From Archangium sp. (lineage in GTDB: Bacteria; Myxococcota; Myxococcia; Myxococcales; Myxococcaceae), in assembly GCA_031367385.1 (NCBI GenBank), contig JANLPS010000088.1, positions 1-10,406 of the forward strand: a stretch of 10,406 nt of DNA, written 5' to 3'. The translations under genes were made by a program, and so were the position numbers. Shown piece by piece: positions 7,399 through 10,406 of this stretch (positions are counted from its first letter, which is position 1; every line of letters begins with the position of its first letter). A model generated the notes under the pieces. That model searched no databases and was not told where the DNA came from. It was given only the letters and a program-made list of their open reading frames with translations.

Positions 7399-10300
7399 GT
7401 GCGAATCAGGCTCGGGTTCGCTTTGAGCAGTGTCGCCAGGTACAAATCAGACTGCTTCTCGAGCACGCTGTTCGCCTTCAGCCGCATGTTGAGCTGATTG
7501 AAGTCGACCGAATCGAGGTCTTGATCCTGGTTGAAGCACGAGAAGACGAATGACTCTTTGCCCGTGCGCGGGTCGACGTGCCGCTGAAGACACTGTGCGC
7601 AGATCTCCTTCATCATGCACTGCATCGGCGAGTTGATGCTGCCGATCGCGCAGTGCTCGGGCTTGAGCAACGGGGCCAACACCCCGTGCCGCGCGTCTTT
7701 CACCGCCCGCATCATTCGGTCAGACCCGATCGCGATGATGCGATCGACGCTCTTCAACTGAATCGTCGGCGCCTGACCGAGCTCACCCTTCGAGTACGCG
7801 ATCATCGCCTGCACGATGTTGCCCCTGAACGTCAGGTCTTGCGGCCGCCGAGGCTGAATCTGCTCTCCCGAGTCGACCGCCCAGATCACCTGATCAGCCG
7901 CGGCCTCGAGATCGTCGTATTTGTACGAGTCTTCTTTCTTTCGATACCCGGCGAAATACAGCACCTTGCAGCCCGCGACCCGCAGCGCCCGGCCAATCGA
8001 GAACAGCACCGCGTTGCCCAAGCCGCCACCCGCCAGCAGCACCGTCTCGTTATGAGCGATGTGCGTCGGAGTACCCGTCGGCCCCATCAACACCACCCGC
8101 TCGCCCTTCTTGAGCATCGCGCACAGCCGCGAAGAAGTGCCCATCTCGAGCACGATGGTGCCCATCAGGCCCTTCTCTTTGTCGACCCACGCGCCGGTGA
8201 GAGCGAGGCCCTCCATGGTCAGCTTGGTGCCATCGATGGTCGGCGCTTGCCGTTCGAAGTTCTGCAGCCGGTAGAACTGCCCAGGCTCGAAGTGCTGCGA
8301 CGCATACGGCGCACGCACCACCACCTCGACGATGGTCGGCGTCAACCGGTTGACCACTTCAATCGTGGCCAAGAACGCGAAGTCGAGCCGAGCAAAGAAT
8401 GCCTCGCGGCCGGTCTCGCGCGAAGGTTGTTCATCGGGCTTCAACGTGGCCGAGTGCTGTTCGAACAAGCGAGCGACGTGCACGTACCCGTCTTTCGCGC
8501 TCGCCATGGCCTTCACGACATTGCCGGCGTAGGTCGGGTGGTTGTCGCCGTAGAAGGTGATGAACTTGCCCTCCTTCTCGTACGAGGTGAAGAACGCCAC
8601 GTCGCGGCCGATGTCTTCGTGCGGCTCGGCCTCACGCAGCGTGCCGTCAACCATCTCGTAGTTGCGAAAGAACGACTTGTCGGCATCGAGCGCAAACGTG
8701 TTGGGAAATTCGCGCTCGTAGGTCACGTTCGGTGACGTGCCAGCGGCGACGCACACGGTTCGCGCGGGCAGCTCGTAGAACGTGCCCGAGCCCTTCAACT
8801 TGCCGTCGACCGTGGTCATGCGCTCGAGCTTGATCGCCTGCACCGCGCCGAACGCGTCAGGCACCGCCTCGACGGGAGAGACCCGCTCAATGAACCGAAT
8901 GCCTTCTTCGAGCGCCTTGGCGACCTCTTCGTGGTTGAGCCGGTACGCCGGAGAATCGGTCAAGTTGCGCCGGTAGCACAACGACACGCCACCCCACCCG
9001 CGCACCATGTCGATGAAGTTGGGTACCTCGCCTGCCTTCTTCGCCCGCTCGCGCTCGGCCCGCACCAGGCGGCCATGCTCGAGGAACTCTTTGTAGGTCG
9101 AGAGCTCGTCAGGCTCCATGCGCGAGAAGATCGCTTCTTCGCTCATCGAGGTGAGCAACGTCTCGTGACGCTTCAAGGTCTTCTCGACCTGGCCCGGGTA
9201 GTAGGCGAACAGCTCGGTCGCGGTGTCGACGCCGGTCAAACCTCCGCCGATGACGATGGCGGGCAGGCGCACCTGCAGATTCGCGAGCGAGTCGCGCTTG
9301 AATGCGCCAGTCAGCTGCAGGGCCATCAAGAAATCACTGGCTGCGCGAATGCCGCGAATCAGGTTGTTCTTCATCGGCACGATGGTTGGTTTGCCCGCGC
9401 CCGCGGCGATCGCGATGTGATCGAACCCGAGCTTCCACGCGTCGTCGATGGTCAGCGTGCCACCGAAGCGAATGCCGCCGTACAGCCTGAAGTTCTCTCT
9501 GCGCGCCAGCGTCAGGTGAATCAGGGTCAAGAACGTCTTGTCCCACCGAACGGTGATGCCGTACTCAGAGACGCCGCCAAACCCCTCGAGAATTCGCTCA
9601 TCGAGGTTGACCGCGAAGTCCTTCCAGCTCCGAATCGGCTCGAGCGCCGCGCCGTTCTTGCCAGTCAGCGAATCGGGGAACGACTCGATCTTGAGCCCAT
9701 CGACGCCAGCGACCGTGAAACCCTCGTTGAGCAAATAATGCGACAGCGTGTACCCGGCCGGGCCGACACCGACGACCATCACGTTCTTGCCGTTGGTGGG
9801 CAGTGCGTAGGGCCGCTTGAGATTCAGGGGGTTCCACCGCGTGAGCAGGCCGTAGATCTCGAAGCCCCACGGCAGCGCCAAGATGTCGGTCAGCGCCGAC
9901 GTCTCGATTTGAGGAATGTTGACGGGCTCCTGCTTCTGAAAAATGCAGGCCTTCATGCAGTCATTGCAGATGCGGTGACCGGTGCCGGGGCACATCGGGT
10001 TCGCGATGATGATCATCGCCAGCGCGCCGAGCGAATCACCGCGGCGCTTGAGCAAGTGCATCTCGGAGATCTGCTCTTCGAGAGGGCACCCCGCGAGTGG
10101 TATGCCGAGCGGGTTCTTCTTGTAGGTGTGCCCAGCCGCGAGCGGGTCGCGCTCCTTGATGCCTTTGCTGCAGGTGTCTTTCTCGCGCTCGTGGCAGATG
10201 ACGCAGTAGTCGACCTCGTTCATCGTCTGACGCGCGTCGAAGCGGTTGTCGGTCAGCCCGAACCCATCGCGGCGACGCAAGTGCACGTCGGGGCCTTCGA

Positions 10301-10406
10301 AGGCCTCGGGCATGCCCACTGGGTCGGGTATTTTCAGCTCGACCAATTTGTCGAAGACGAGCGGCTTGGGCTGCGAGAGGGTGCTCCAGCCGTGAAAGGT
10401 GTGGGT
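7395..10406 (-). CDS. Large Fe-S flavoprotein oxidoreductase: GltD/NfnB/PreT-like module fused to a C-terminal PyrK/NfnA-like module (5' end outside window)
   Basis: The frame stays open to the window edge (THTFHGWSTLSQPKPLVFDKLVELK...). Cys clusters CVICH..DTC..GCP and MCPGTGHRICNDCMKAC. FAD site VVGVGPAGY, GGVSEYGI, NADP-type GGGLTGVD...YRR and GD.HP...GNVVKAMASAK. C-terminal FEPGQFYRLQ, MGPTG, LLAGGGLG, AIGSDRMM and [2Fe-2S]-type QCMMKEICAQC...SC. Confidence 0.9.
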   Translation of the reverse strand, partial: THTFHGWSTLSQPKPLVFDKLVELKIPDPVGMPEAFEGPDVHLRRRDGFGLTDNRFDARQTMNEVDYCVICHEREKDTCSKGIKERDPLAAGHTYKKNPLGIPLAGCPLEEQISEMHLLKRRGDSLGALAMIIIANPMCPGTGHRICNDCMKACIFQKQEPVNIPQIETSALTDILALPWGFEIYGLLTRWNPLNLKRPYALPTNGKNVMVVGVGPAGYTLSHYLLNEGFTVAGVDGLKIESFPDSLTGKNGAALEPIRSWKDFAVNLDERILEGFGGVSEYGITVRWDKTFLTLIHLTLARRENFRLYGGIRFGGTLTIDDAWKLGFDHIAIAAGAGKPTIVPMKNNLIRGIRAASDFLMALQLTGAFKRDSLANLQVRLPAIVIGGGLTGVDTATELFAYYPGQVEKTLKRHETLLTSMSEEAIFSRMEPDELSTYKEFLEHGRLVRAERERAKKAGEVPNFIDMVRGWGGVSLCYRRNLTDSPAYRLNHEEVAKALEEGIRFIERVSPVEAVPDAFGAVQAIKLERMTTVDGKLKGSGTFYELPARTVCVAAGTSPNVTYEREFPNTFALDADKSFFRNYEMVDGTLREAEPHEDIGRDVAFFTSYEKEGKFITFYGDNHPTYAGNVVKAMASAKDGYVHVARLFEQHSATLKPDEQPSRETGREAFFARLDFAFLATIEVVNRLTPTIVEVVVRAPYASQHFEPGQFYRLQNFERQAPTIDGTKLTMEGLALTGAWVDKEKGLMGTIVLEMGTSSRLCAMLKKGERVVLMGPTGTPTHIAHNETVLLAGGGLGNAVLFSIGRALRVAGCKVLYFAGYRKKEDSYKYDDLEAAADQVIWAVDSGEQIQPRRPQDLTFRGNIVQAMIAYSKGELGQAPTIQLKSVDRIIAIGSDRMMRAVKDARHGVLAPLLKPEHCAIGSINSPMQCMMKEICAQCLQRHVDPRTGKESFVFSCFNQDQDLDSVDFNQLNMRLKANSVLEKQSDLYLATLLKANPSLIRT

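Noticed and set aside
6595..8735. Plus-strand ORFs 6595-7497 and 7578-8735
   Set aside because: Antisense to truA and the oxidoreductase, with no motifs.
7395..10406. Gene symbols gltD, preT or nfnB, and a start at 10346
   Set aside because: The fusion architecture fits none exactly and no partner subunit is visible. The frame remains open to the window edge, so TTG 10346 is probably internal.

Overview
GC-rich bacterial chromosomal segment; gene content suggests Myxococcota (inference). It holds three gene blocks. (1) A minus-strand operon: deoxynucleoside kinase, an acidic DUF2314/DUF4026-like protein, an FHA-GAF-AAA+-HTH sigma54-activator-like regulator, and the 5' end of psuG, which the ORF track missed. 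(2) A divergent, translationally coupled plus-strand operon: TPR lipoprotein, PlsC-type acyltransferase, TPR lipoprotein. (3) A convergent minus-strand pair: a >1000-aa GltD/NfnB + PyrK/NfnA fused Fe-S flavoprotein (5'-truncated) and a divergent truA. Main points of interest: the regulator has lost every ATPase and sigma54-contact motif but keeps intact FHA and HTH domains; a symmetric ~60-bp three-dyad element sits between the convergent genes; and pseudouridine/pyrimidine-related genes cluster here. No mobile elements, CRISPR arrays or RNA genes were recognised.
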